From IMG/VR virus record IMGVR_UViG_3300028197_000011, positions 1 through 55,583 of that record: a DNA stretch of 55,583 bases, one strand, 5' to 3'. The notes beneath the pieces were generated by a model, which searched no databases, was not told the DNA's origin, and saw only the letters and a list, made by a program, of their open reading frames with translations. The position numbers were made by a program, and so were the translations under genes. Positions 20,501 through 28,800 of this stretch are shown here, one piece after another; positions within the stretch are counted from its first letter, which is position 1; the number at the start of each line of letters is the position of its first letter. The DNA is from a virus (taxonomy: Duplodnaviria > Caudoviricetes).

Positions 20501-22334
20501 TTCTGACGATGAAGGAAAGAAGCAAATTACTCCTGTTCCTCCGAATAAATTTGTAAGACAGCCGTTCGATGGTATGCTTGGGTTGATGGACGCTGTTGAT
20601 CCGGGTAAATTTAGAAAACTTCCTAAAGAACTTCAAATTCCTCCCGGTGAAAGATTTGCTCGTATGAGACCTACATCTGCGGGAGTAGCCGCTAAGAAAG
20701 CATACGAACAAGCTTGGTACGTTGATAATTTTGAGCCAGTACAGGCAGCTTACGCATCTAAGACTAAGCTACATGATACATATAATGGAGTTACATATGA
20801 AGATGCTGGATATAGAGATTTAATACCTCCAATACTTAGAGAAACTGGACATGACCATCTAGATCTAAAGGTATTTAATTCTGGCTATCCCGGCGATTTG
20901 TTTGGATACAAAGTAACTTTACATAAAGATAAATTATACGTAGGCGCTCCATTCGCAGTATACAAAGACGAGCAGGATATTGTCACTTGGAAAGACGTTA
21001 TTGATCAATCTTCAGAAGGTATATATGGCGCAGAGATTGGATTCAATGGAGGGGCAGGAGCCGTGTATGTTGTGGAAAGAACTGGAGTAATAGGATCTGG
21101 CGTTGGCAGCTTTAATAGATCTCGGGAAATTACAGATGGTATAGCTTGGGATGTAACTCAGAAATTTAGACCGGAAGAAATTAACGTTGGATTCTCTGGT
21201 ATTAATACTTTAAATTCAGAATCTTTAATTGGACCTAATTCATACTCTGATGAATTCTTAAAAGATCATGCATTTATGCCTGACATGTTTGGTTATGATA
21301 TAGCTCTTGAAGGAGATATATTAGCTATATCTGCTCCGGGGCATGACTTTGAAACGTTCTTTGAACACACGCCGGGAACGTTTATGAGGAAAGAATTTAA
21401 CGAGCAATTTGCTATTCCCAAAGTTAATTCTACTGATTTAGGCTCATCAGCTAACAGGTCTCTACTACCTGCAAGTGGAGATGTTGTTATTAATCATGGA
21501 GCAGTATTTACTTACGAAAATAAAATAGATAATTGGGGAGATAAAACGCAGCAATGGACGACCATACATAAAGTTGTTGGTCAGGGTTATAACACAAGAG
21601 TTCAAAACTCTGGAGAAAATACATTCTTCGGATCTGCTTTAGGTTTAAGTAGAGCTAGAAGAAATGATGGAGATTATATCTTAGCAGTTGGTGCAAGTAA
21701 TCATCTTTTCTCTAACAACAATAACACAGAAGTTGCAGAAGGTGGCGCTACTTATGCATACGATGGTATGCTTAGAAAGCTCAGGCCAGCATTTTCACAT
21801 CCAGATACATATATTTCTGGGCGTGTGTTTGGCAGTATACCAGATAAGGTTGATATGAAGTTCAATTTCTCTAATGGTTCTGTTAGTAATAAAAATGTAT
21901 TCTTTGATGGAAGAGTTCACTCTGACAGGCAGGGGCAAATATTTATAGAAGTTTCTGGTCAGGACAAATTGGAAAAAGGATATGTTATTCATAGACCATA
22001 TATAGAAAAAATCAGCGGTGGCTATGCTTTCGGCAAAGCAGAAGTCGCTACCATGCCTTTAATATCTGACGGTAGATTTGCCCCACATTCTGGCGTTATG
22101 CCTCTAATAAGTTTGGGTCCAAGTACTGGCAGTGTGTATAATAATATGAACTTAATTATGCAACGAGATCTCCAAACTTCTGGAGAATTAAGATTATACA
22201 GTAGTGGAATTAATTTATTTGGTCAGGTTCCTTTTGGTGAAAACGTTGAAAACACTGAAGGAGCTAAGGAGCTAGAAAATAATATTGCAAATATAAATAA
22301 TTTTGCATTTCTAGTTGGTAGAGGAGGATTTTAA
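8589..22334 (+). CDS. Giant (~4580 aa) virion/tail protein with LamG-like domains, seven FG-GAP repeats and GIFT-like domains
   Basis: Start moved to ATG 8589 after an aaagga SD. LamG-like module from DPHRDSVKILLPFD to LLDDFRITMGSAR. FG-GAP motifs such as NFGKAVTVLGDRVIIGAP and DRFGHDVAISDDGKVIVIGSP. Poly-Pro linkers. Follows the tape-measure gene. Confidence 0.7.
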   Translation: MSNLCGNDGIKIDIVSKSKLRGFATKLCKVRARSRVKCLFKAGVSVLFQGFVIGSGESEPSNNFGSSNFGDTPRRNPPQILVRSISGSGGIRINTTIQTIRRCSTDLPKAIFDITSQEYIDRGYNAIPDSIYSPFNSNNSIQVNSKGPLIEHSLITQRKRSSNSRLIANLGRPVNNMGVKLTGIAKVKSRFFEKLHGHFDIINSFDNFIPTEKLFPIRDINNKKNGISFVTERTKSSEIYKSINEGVHVGNITKHGAKGFVIADDIDSFITPSSIYTEGEFTYKCEVNAPSITPLETFFFLRASAPLTNFDSDIPPTYEVSNIKLEDPYGNLIAKYKDFTIRGEQDYSDKDHHHYVTYVTEPEVNYAKGNTWDYYYPVLGEDSGYTLSLDIKGNCFFHAFEEDSFNKGFQDGCNLDDKFVQSSNSDYLGIDGAAFSTQSKNYFVRPTDALRISAIEINNKGSLNGILHDNKLNMFLDVVPTGLLLERVLRPQKILSTNYTNNIYPTNTINIWQTSPDIDGNRYDNTVDSGKNNYELKDRLSNEYIEGHLTLIDTDPIADSGKIQLFYSHQDPKRVKVKTGGALNIGNKYEGAFSRPEIKQVFPDDNYFIVEEIFLRIDIKKDASKPDFPIDVVGYSDDGVMISTKQVGGFLQNASSGVGTVPLTTGFDDINELGFSSETMSDKFAYYSRPITPNPAGDHYRLEDSVIVTNSSDFKTYDVPLKIYEDKVELGRSRDYRNSRLFEALYLDIYPIPSGTEISKADLVIKYKPSVALALNTLGCDQVRIGPAFSLLTPIKSYAGNNSDGYILSNIPHAYETREPTLKTNYSKRWRGSSGLTSTGPFDADGFGFGFEFPQLDSPFSSGYYNFSDVDGTDIYSSQSSSLVGQLSNASMSNNIVRNIGMRFISDSLFPPPTEPPAPVTEDGFDLTQNIMYNYHIVGTSNGLNSANAITVRIPDEYDNRADDTDKTYVTPTLFTANYDGNARLYNRAPNSIGISGLWTLSVLVNDKHVGDIFTEQQSFSQTYDEFLNIDVNVGDEIALSGVTTSVNHVADEFNLICEYVGIHMNTYAPSYYKPYKTINWTESGHELEDNIVDAFDHAVRASGADGYINFGDVDTADGFAIFMRFSPDITVSGVNPDYNLWNSGVLFHKQDAGQDLEFGLKYNYGKLQAYAQDDLGNIISIEDTTDYTEYQYPLSVLLTYNANKNEKLKLYTHNEMATEEWTRLRAESNIFNLNDGNSDLTFAYDKENDIGFNAFVTEIGISNSHPDGGSNIVDGTPEKSYSQANVDTFFDTITTTHDDSNPLWQFVDNKTTEWNLGAFKYCSFGNDFNTMTTRNGEDYVYHTYYHDGLDYAARTDISLPESLSNASGVAYHSQVENDMLRFNVGGKSEEFYAIRPRIARAFPRSYMLAEDALRVNTVLQHHCDGDIFWPDGNKGAKLIVSLYTPAKESELTPTKNYGLINRATHYVNPEDCWNKIRSVFTLNDIKDKTSEPWAFFDTTITKQELSENYFSKEIDDMFIQYDLVYPSGGNYTESKITIHSLDVSLHDALTKEATVTDYLFLHSSGAFMQESDVNLFSDAKGISNDYLWLSNTGIAYVPSSGELWLTTSGTFRDTNDLMLMQPDVYGTATSDDTGSNFGANFGSEEDLSDPHRDSVKILLPFDNHLNDISINNHSASLIDQITPLLTSIYPTLSSNSVFENGQSANFVDTEVGSDWMKGKSTLKYEGVQFDPTGMDGDWMIDFWYNLYNTENFSGYESPQGAWRTQVGFHATIFEWGKWQRTEHGMHGAETKFVGMKLVWANGILSLKFGLNHYGAEATPYPEGWTWRDHHSLFDSSEGLSATGMAGSGDDITRNDNPADWVTYASIGVINRPDRPNVPHYNTDFYGYEDIRNIWSKFIIRKIGTVIQIFINEEKVAEADIGRWKFDSFDEVNYDPSLGIPDSNPLQFRSGYNHEFLLDDFRITMGSARSTDINSNPTTSPDAESNGLSISSPIPSRSPIIEPPPPPPPPTTPPPVIGLSMRTVGGYPNTRQDIHLYSTGTAELISSNATLPLNLLDYDNPNTLTNTFDLYVLCLPSAYTPEYTTIDAGFNLYSLAPPLAPTPYSDSIALFLEATPIILDVASNIPLFLQHRKPINSGPNQLESFVWDGDNYGVSIDVVDNSLASISANNEIRGVNTICYGSCDAVNNISCTEVDIYTHETLWNPSLCAEGGVARAIRTYSNPDVNAFGSDVPYDNHYYGMRKITNLIPLAPYNIILTGKTGSDKILEVPREIKEWEYGFKNASTGDPNKNINYTGLKLTAPVSNIESNHNFGKAVTVLGDRVIIGAPFEDAPVGVDDLLNSDTASYNLKDAGKIYIYKKAPEATGYSWTDQDDKAPFVLEQELVLPVGFRRDYYFETTEEFKDDAGDKLDFEATIRNWVNVGEGRQLGHSLDSASRGAKEVIVAGGPGSLWTREFSPIATTPVKIALMVFNNELVTNPANTSWRNIIEELNNRDVLYRYFSDPPVEFDIEIILMEPLLGLDLPFSESDEFDYPQPDFVSKHLVNRHYNFDFNSQEYKDQESIMLQELINVYHERFPLDSSALHNGIPPLFGIYIDNSRSLGTNAVGYFDGGLTQGAINKFIEYVKDYSYANGLKYFNNTPGYTEFNVTVKSDEDWITQSIECLKDLTDQTRLKNSGGFNLIANDIGTFNTNASEFNYPPASGGAVFVFEREHHGNFELVQHIESPSTYNNDVSDRFGHDVAISDDGKVIVIGSPFCEEAVQIWEYNDRYDNILDSSVVNGRFTEFLSVDHQAERLNQTFGEAYQAYERYITEIVNQSSPFDLLRDIYSNASESLKYKFILYANLNSYNKIKTVSYSSLFSGVGSWDRLYSRYIPTARLGYSVDVNEDGSLVAIGSPTDSLGERDSAMTWFRYDQAGGEQVTGYGGSDWQWQNYTNAGAVRLLESRDYYPHSRKVVEYYKFGNKHESIAPEEDSGLFLTSMRNLFASRGYDFSRTSFSEDKKIPQDAGLAFIITPEIDASSDEILDNIREWLAYGDRHLVLVADDPLYEQGGVYEDTNKIINYILKSLDINLRVYPSRNRYDALLEDTGLFFNVRTSFVPSKTTNSISTPIPLRASGVADIRFYDEGKSDLYSCDLPYGMRKSSDPFVILEQIDGLSSSEAGRIQQYRELHSRCELPIVHEGDLRAKYTDQCVYRSCKGESTLLNYQHNLGFMYGSHTTCNDWDCTICDEFCPPVLSVNDREASEPMPIMTAYESISKTINVPATPDYETFVKTFVGFKEPLPGVPYYDFTDIAYSGIQYMWSAESGNFSAIDYNINNTISQSLFFDPEEYNGQDALLQSKASVPYETTERLEKISDTFDFCAEERFEAFTESSVILIAGTYTEKKESLVLRAGDVNLNFYFNLLAKDVNGSCKVAQVGGFTQRASYQDGYASSDIQIQMLGLGINMLDTNVPTHELYDVSKYYDVAWIANSNDYPSDEEIEDIKRFLRLKNKKLVITYGQDSDGEDFDPSTGAINPSLINKAKIAEYICEKLNLTMKPRFLNGNNVYASTRNVVGDWQLTSYFININESSRLWAGFPTDPNTRIEEFYINNPPFGRRGRGRGYSHDVVPIEVNSASRVAYFDLPISDLITEEQGVPTFRTGITKVTFDVKEPKEDQDKFNLFKLFFSVSSESELESSPLEVFVNNCSTTVSHPSEATAVENGINVEDESDSGDIILTTIKHGFHEELRTENRKEYEAFIQIPSGVPSFDIFITGCRKKYELQSNPEYLRTNRLVSISGVRVKALEKIDENRPIPIYEDVLTIVPGTDAYSYEYDVVREISNSSAQYCFAANSDVCAEDDPAGYGTEANAPDIPDGPMVVAQAIYHQAGFFSGHNKSRVTVISDASLIQGRTTLLEDGVRVNPSLVSFLTGMYPATSFDSENYGRQYESEFKIISPERSSPSRLINAYPENSGLNHRFGQYPSNELALNKYSDDEGKKQITPVPPNKFVRQPFDGMLGLMDAVDPGKFRKLPKELQIPPGERFARMRPTSAGVAAKKAYEQAWYVDNFEPVQAAYASKTKLHDTYNGVTYEDAGYRDLIPPILRETGHDHLDLKVFNSGYPGDLFGYKVTLHKDKLYVGAPFAVYKDEQDIVTWKDVIDQSSEGIYGAEIGFNGGAGAVYVVERTGVIGSGVGSFNRSREITDGIAWDVTQKFRPEEINVGFSGINTLNSESLIGPNSYSDEFLKDHAFMPDMFGYDIALEGDILAISAPGHDFETFFEHTPGTFMRKEFNEQFAIPKVNSTDLGSSANRSLLPASGDVVINHGAVFTYENKIDNWGDKTQQWTTIHKVVGQGYNTRVQNSGENTFFGSALGLSRARRNDGDYILAVGASNHLFSNNNNTEVAEGGATYAYDGMLRKLRPAFSHPDTYISGRVFGSIPDKVDMKFNFSNGSVSNKNVFFDGRVHSDRQGQIFIEVSGQDKLEKGYVIHRPYIEKISGGYAFGKAEVATMPLISDGRFAPHSGVMPLISLGPSTGSVYNNMNLIMQRDLQTSGELRLYSSGINLFGQVPFGENVENTEGAKELENNIANINNFAFLVGRGGF

Positions 22335-24391
22335 TGGATAAAGAATTGTTTGGAGCCGTCAAACCTCAAGATGAAGATGGTGACGGCGAAATATTTGACG
22401 TAATAGAATCTTTTGAAAACAACCCTGCACCTCTTGTTGGAGTTTCTACTGCTGCTTTTGTTGATAGGAAAAGAGAAGGGCTAACCAAAGTTCACACGGT
22501 TAGAGTTATAGGCTATCATGTTTATGAAACATTTTCGGAGGATAATGCTAAAAGTATTTTAGAAGAACAAAAAGGTCTTAGGGATAAGTTTACAAACAAC
22601 AAAGAATATAAAATACAAATTAAAGACAAAGGAGGTAGCGTTGTTTCTACTTTTTCTAATTGTAGATTATTAGATATTGTTTTTGAAGAAGGCGCTTATA
22701 CTCATTACGGAAAATTTGTAGCTTCTTTTGAATCTACTCAGTTAGATACTGATAATATTATAGACCTTAATTACAGTCTTGATATGTCTCAAGATTATAG
22801 CATGGGATACGTAGATACTAATGGAGCTATAGTCAGCGACTCTTATTATACCTGCTCAGAAAGTATAACTGCTACTGGCTTGAACGTTGATGATGTAATT
22901 AAATCTATAAAAGATGACCACATGTTGAGCGACGGTGATACAGTTAAAGCCGCTGGAGATGGTAGAGTTTTTAATGTAAGAAAACTTCAAGGTAGTCGAA
23001 ATAATGTAGTTGTCACCGGCGCAGAAGTGACTGTTGAACAAACGATGATATTAATACCAAGCGCTTTAAAACAAGACTTAGTATGCGGTCTTAGCGTAGA
23101 AATATCAAGATCCTATAACTCAGGACCAGCTGTCATAACAATTTCTGGAACCGCTTTAAGTTGTGACGAAGATACGACTCCTTACGAATCTTTTAAAGAT
23201 TTTGAAGATAATATATTTTTTTACGCTAGAGATTTTGAAGGCTTATTGGACTCTGAATATGTTAGAGATGTTCGTGGCGGTGGAGGATTAAGCAATACGG
23301 ATAGAAATAAAAAAGGATCTGAAATATCCAGAGATATAGGAATAGATAATCAAACTGGGGCAATAACTTTTTCATATCAATATGAAGTAACTAAATCTTA
23401 TTTTGTCAGCAACGCTGTTTACGAAAGAATCTCAGAAGATATACAACGATCTACTCCAACTTTTGCAATTGTTCCAGTTCTTGGTAAAACTAATGGTCCT
23501 GTTTTACAAAGTACTTACAGTAGAACAGAAAACCAAAAAACAGTCAACATAGAAGTTGTTTTTGCAGAAGGTTACGATAATATTACAGAGAAAGCCTCTG
23601 TTGACAATGTAATAGCGTCTTATATTCCTGAAGGCAATGTAGCCGTTGTTGGTGATGTGCAAGAATCTTATAACCCTTCTGAAAGAAAATATACATTAAG
23701 TATGAGCTGGATATATACAGATCCTATATTTAATTTAATAGAAAGAAAATTCGATGAAGATGGTGGGTTAGTCAAGATAAAACTTAATCAGGAAATGATG
23801 ACTGCGGCAGAGTACAACAGAAGGTATCAGTTTGTAGAATGGAAAATGGATGAGGATGAAAATGACGCTTTTGGTGGCTATGATAATGAAAAGTTTACAG
23901 TAAGCGGAGGAGGCATAGAACAAGCCATCTTGTCTTCTTTAGGAGAATTAAATTTTGAAACAAGAGACTCTTACGTTTGCAGAGTTAAAGCCGTAGGTAA
24001 TATCAAACCTTTGCCTTCCTTTGGAAGTCCTCCAGAGCAAAAAAATTTCCACATGACAATAAGAGTCTTTCCAGACGATAAGAATGAAGACGCAGAAGAT
24101 CCAGAGACTGTAATATTATTAAGTAATAAAACTATGTATACTCCTGCTCCAAAAAATATGATAGTAGGAATTCTTAGCTACAACGGCGAACCTGACGAGA
24201 GGCACGGTAAAACAAGATCTGTAGATAGAGAAGTTAAGTTTGAAGGTAGTGGTAGTATTTTTAAAGTGGTTGGCAATAAGTTGATGACATCTGAAAAATA
24301 CGAAGGGGAAGCCGGGGAAAAATCAGCAACTATTGAAGCTAAAATTAATGGATCGACGTATTCAAAAACATTTACAATTACGGTGTTATAA
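22334..24391 (+). CDS. Putative tail/baseplate protein with C-terminal cadherin/Ig-like modules; paralog of the next gene
   Basis: 685-aa ORF, TAATG-coupled, gaggagg SD. LNFETRDSYVCRVKA and ILLSN...FKVVGNKL resemble cadherin repeats. Confidence 0.55.
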   Translation: MDKELFGAVKPQDEDGDGEIFDVIESFENNPAPLVGVSTAAFVDRKREGLTKVHTVRVIGYHVYETFSEDNAKSILEEQKGLRDKFTNNKEYKIQIKDKGGSVVSTFSNCRLLDIVFEEGAYTHYGKFVASFESTQLDTDNIIDLNYSLDMSQDYSMGYVDTNGAIVSDSYYTCSESITATGLNVDDVIKSIKDDHMLSDGDTVKAAGDGRVFNVRKLQGSRNNVVVTGAEVTVEQTMILIPSALKQDLVCGLSVEISRSYNSGPAVITISGTALSCDEDTTPYESFKDFEDNIFFYARDFEGLLDSEYVRDVRGGGGLSNTDRNKKGSEISRDIGIDNQTGAITFSYQYEVTKSYFVSNAVYERISEDIQRSTPTFAIVPVLGKTNGPVLQSTYSRTENQKTVNIEVVFAEGYDNITEKASVDNVIASYIPEGNVAVVGDVQESYNPSERKYTLSMSWIYTDPIFNLIERKFDEDGGLVKIKLNQEMMTAAEYNRRYQFVEWKMDEDENDAFGGYDNEKFTVSGGGIEQAILSSLGELNFETRDSYVCRVKAVGNIKPLPSFGSPPEQKNFHMTIRVFPDDKNEDAEDPETVILLSNKTMYTPAPKNMIVGILSYNGEPDERHGKTRSVDREVKFEGSGSIFKVVGNKLMTSEKYEGEAGEKSATIEAKINGSTYSKTFTITVL

Positions 24392-25833
24392 TGGAATTTA
24401 AAAATAAAAAAAGTCAACAAGTCTTTTTATATAAACCGGGAGAAGCTAGCAAGCAGAAAGGTTTTGGAGATTCTGTGGCTGGTGCATACGTCTTCCCAGC
24501 TCCAGCCCCGCTTGTATCTATTTCTTCACAAATAATTTCTGAAAGGTCTCGGGGTTTACATCCTCAAGGTACTTCTGACAATGAAGTAGCAAGAAAAGAT
24601 ACTATTACTTTACATGGGTATTTTATTGAACGGGAAACCCTACCGGGAGAAGAGCAAGCTCAATATATTTTTGGTCAAATAGAACAGATGCAGGATGCTA
24701 TAAAGAAAAAAGATGTAACTTTAGAAGTAAATACTGGAGACGGGGCATTAATACAATCTTGGGAAAAAGCAAATCTTGTTTCTATAGACATACCAGAAGG
24801 TAAGTTCGTAAATTATGGCGAATATACTATTGTATTTGAAGCTTTTGACACTGACGATATGGACAATGATCATATAGAATATTCTTGGTCGTTTGAGGTA
24901 AGCGAAGACGAAAGCATGGGGTATTTGGATCAGGCGATGACTGAAATGCTCAGTAGCTCCGTAGTCAGAGGCACAGAGACTATCACTGCCACCGCTTTAG
25001 ATGTCGATGATGCTAGAGCATTTGTAGACTCTAAAGTTCAATTTGATTCAGGCACAGTCTATTTGCACACGAAGGGTAAAGTGTATGATGTATTAGACTC
25101 TTCTGAAGCATGGGATGTTTGTAATATTGTTGCTAATTCAAGCTCAGATGTAACAACCGGGAGCGTCACTTATTCATCCACCTTTGTTTTAGTACCTCAA
25201 GAGTTAGATGCTAGCACGACAGCTATGGGAGGTTTTAGTTTATCCAAAAATGCATCCTACGACCAGCCTAGAGATAGGGGTTCTATATCAGGCACAATTC
25301 AGGGATTACAAAAAGGAGCCAAGTTAAGCGATTCAATATTAGCTGCTAATGCTTACTCAGCTTTTTCAGCGCTGAAAGACGCTGCTATAGATAAAATTGG
25401 TGAAGTAGGTATAAATATAACCGTTGAAGATCCATTATCAGAAAATGTTAGCAAGAATTATGGTGCAGGAACTTGCGAATTTACGCTAGAATATGATAAT
25501 AGAGCAGAATACCAAGTAGACAATGTGGTATACGAAAGAATAGATGTTACCAATAGACCGTCTCGCAGAATACACGCAGTCATTCCCGTAATGGGCAGGC
25601 CAAGTGGTCCCATATTGCAGGATACGTATGCTAAGACTGAATTGCAAAGAGACTTCAGTATAGAAGTAGTTTACAAAGCAGGCTTTGGTGACGCTGATGG
25701 TCCGGGGACACAAGCTATAGAAGATGAGTATAAGCCTGACGGTGATATTGTATTTGAATCTTCTGCTTCTACATCTTGGCAGTCTGCGGAACGAAGATTT
25801 GTTAGACAAAAATCATGGGTTTACGAGGAATAA
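24391..25833 (+). CDS. Putative tail/baseplate protein, paralog of the upstream gene
   Basis: 480-aa ORF, TAATG-coupled. Shares PAPLV, VYERI and PVxGxxxGPxLQxTYxxTExQ...IEVV motifs with 22334-24391. Confidence 0.6.
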   Translation: MEFKNKKSQQVFLYKPGEASKQKGFGDSVAGAYVFPAPAPLVSISSQIISERSRGLHPQGTSDNEVARKDTITLHGYFIERETLPGEEQAQYIFGQIEQMQDAIKKKDVTLEVNTGDGALIQSWEKANLVSIDIPEGKFVNYGEYTIVFEAFDTDDMDNDHIEYSWSFEVSEDESMGYLDQAMTEMLSSSVVRGTETITATALDVDDARAFVDSKVQFDSGTVYLHTKGKVYDVLDSSEAWDVCNIVANSSSDVTTGSVTYSSTFVLVPQELDASTTAMGGFSLSKNASYDQPRDRGSISGTIQGLQKGAKLSDSILAANAYSAFSALKDAAIDKIGEVGINITVEDPLSENVSKNYGAGTCEFTLEYDNRAEYQVDNVVYERIDVTNRPSRRIHAVIPVMGRPSGPILQDTYAKTELQRDFSIEVVYKAGFGDADGPGTQAIEDEYKPDGDIVFESSASTSWQSAERRFVRQKSWVYEE

Positions 25834-25835
25834 AA

Positions 25836-28800
25836 ATGTCACAACCAAAACAAGCATCAGATCCAATGGATGATAAAACTGATTATTTCAAAGTAGAAAT
25901 ACAGGGAAAAGAGACTACCACTACTCCTGCCCCTACTGGTGGTGGTGGTGGCACTCCTTCCATTAGGACTGCACTTTCAGCACCTGAATATACAGCAACT
26001 ACCCCTCCACCAGACAAAGTAGACCAGCAGCGTTTCCTTGGATCTACCATAGTATCATTTTCATGTAGTGGAGGATTTGGAGAAAGTCCTTCACAGCTTA
26101 ATGTGACATTAGTTAATGATGAGGGTGATTCTTTTATAACTCCAACGGTTGGTCAGCCAGCTTGGTTCTGCTTTGGAGATAAACAAAAATATGCAAGTGA
26201 TGGCGGTTTTAGAAAAGCTATTTCTGATTTATATAGATATAGCGATGATGAACATAAACAGTTTTATGAAACTGACACTGATCCTGTTACTGGAGATGTC
26301 GTAAAGTCAAGGCACTTTGCCTTTGGGGGTTTAGTTCAATCGTGGAATTATAATGAAGACCCAAATAGTGGTCAGCTATATACAGTTACTTTAACAGATC
26401 CTAGAGAGATATTATCTAATGTAAGCTTATTATTAAATAATCATGCTGGCACAACTTATTCTAATAATAATTTAATTAATATATATGGATTTTTAGAACA
26501 TGTATCTGACGATCATCGTGCTAATTTTATGATTCAATCAAATCTCCAAAAATCATATACTTTTCCACCAAAAGAATTTAATGATGTTGGCGCTGCTTAC
26601 ACGCAGGGACGCATAATAACAGGAATTGGTCTTTCTTTAAGGTCTGAGCTTGGAATGCCACTTTTTAGAATTGTGCAGGCTATGAACGCTTTGATGGGTA
26701 GTCATGAGACTCCAGTACTACAAGGGGATGAATATTCACAATACGGTGGATTTATAAAATTCAGAGGAAAGACTTATGTTGTAGATTTGTCAGAAGTGCC
26801 TATACCAGATCCAAATTATAAAATTAATTATGATACTATAAGTATATTAGATTTATGCATGGAACTTTGCGAAGCTTCTAATCATGAAATGTTAGTATCT
26901 TTACTTCCTTTAGAAGAAACTCACATGGCTATTGACACCCGTGGTAGTAAAGCTGATAAAATAACAAATTGGTATAGCAACTGGAGAGGAGTAGTACAGG
27001 CTGATGGTGTTATTAAAGTATCTACAGTTGACAGAAGTGTGGCTGGAGGTACAGGAGCGTCGGCATATATTGCTGATACGCCGTTCTGGATTGAGAATAA
27101 AGATATTGGCACAGAGATGCAGAGCGCTGTAACCGATAGGTTTATAACTGGCGCAAAAGAAGTTATGATGTATTATTTTACTGCGCAGCATGACCTTTGG
27201 CCTGCACAGGGACCGTGGAAATTAGAACATAGTTTAAAAAATCAAATTCTTCCATATTACGGAACTTTAGGAACTGGCATGGTGACTATACCCAGAGGTT
27301 ATGGTCCTTGGAGCCAAATAATATTAGATGCAAGTGGTGTTACAGCTTTTGGTGTGGGACAATACTACGTAACAACTGAGATGGAATTGAGAGCTGCTGA
27401 CGTATCATTTGATCAGTGGCTTAACTTTTTAAATCAATACAATCGTAAATACTGGGAGTATGTTGTAAATGGGGACATTAGAGATGGTGGAGCTGAAGGA
27501 AATGAAAAAGGAGACGGGAGTGGTGGAATAGGAGAAGGTAGCGGAAGTGGTGGACAAATAGAAATTACTGTGCCAAGATGTTGTTGGCCTCCTCATCCAA
27601 AAGATTTAAATAATTGGGCGGGTGATAACGAAAGATACGCAGTAACTAAACAAATTTGTAGCCCTCCTTACGGTTGGCCTTTGTATTGGAAAAGAGCTTC
27701 TGGACTAGGCGCTTTTAGTGGTGGCGCTGTTGGTAATCCTAACACTGGATTAGAAAAATCTGGCAAAGGAGATGCTGCAAACAATGATGAAAAAAATACC
27801 GGGAACGATGCTTTTAATGCTCAATCTGGTGGAGCTAATACAGCTGTTGATGGCGCTCAAGCAAAACGAGGGTTAAAGAATCTTCAGATAGTTTATAACT
27901 TTTTAAAGAGTGTTGCCGATGAGTGTCTGGGTAAAAAATTCTTAGTAAAAATTCCTCAAATGCATAATAACGGATGGTCTGTTGGTAATCCTTATGGGTT
28001 TGCTCCTAGAAACGCTGAGGGTGCGGTTGACCTGACTTTGGCACAGGGCGGTTGGAATAAGGGTACTAAAGATACAATGCTGTACCCAGCGAATTTCGGT
28101 GGAACCCCCAAGCCTACAAGTATAAGAAAAAAAGGCGCACTAGATATAGGATATAATTCTGAAAAAGGTAGTTTTGTTTTTAGCTATTATCCAGAACCAC
28201 AAGGGGGAATGGACCCAAGAAATTTAAATCTGGTTCCTCCTGCTTTAAGCGGTTTCTTTTCTCAAGAGGGTAGAACAGGGACTTATGTAAAATTTCCAGC
28301 AGGAGATTTTGACGTAGAAGGATTAGACAAAAACTCTTTTTGTTACTTTGGTGGATCGTTACACGTTTTAGCAGATTTGGATAGCAACTATTACATAGCT
28401 CCACCTTTGACTAAAGTTTCCCCGCAGGTAGCTGGAAATGGCGCTGGCCCAATAGAAATAATAGAGGCTGGATATCAAACGATTACCGACCCAACAACTG
28501 GCGAAAGAAAACAAGTCGAAAAAGTAAAGCCATACATTATACCTCCACCTCAATTTCAACCATCTTCAGAAGATGAAAATCCAACACTACCAACAGTATA
28601 CGATATTGATAATATGGATGTGGACGACGGAGCAGGTAAAGTCGATGTCTTCGTCCCCGGTTCAGCAGGACAGCTGATAACAATAGACTTACTGAGAGCA
28701 AAAGCTAACTGGTCTCCTGACTTTTATAATGAAGGTTTTCATGTCTATGTTTTAATAACTGTACCTAGAATTAGCATTGGAGATGAAGAAGCTCAAGCTA

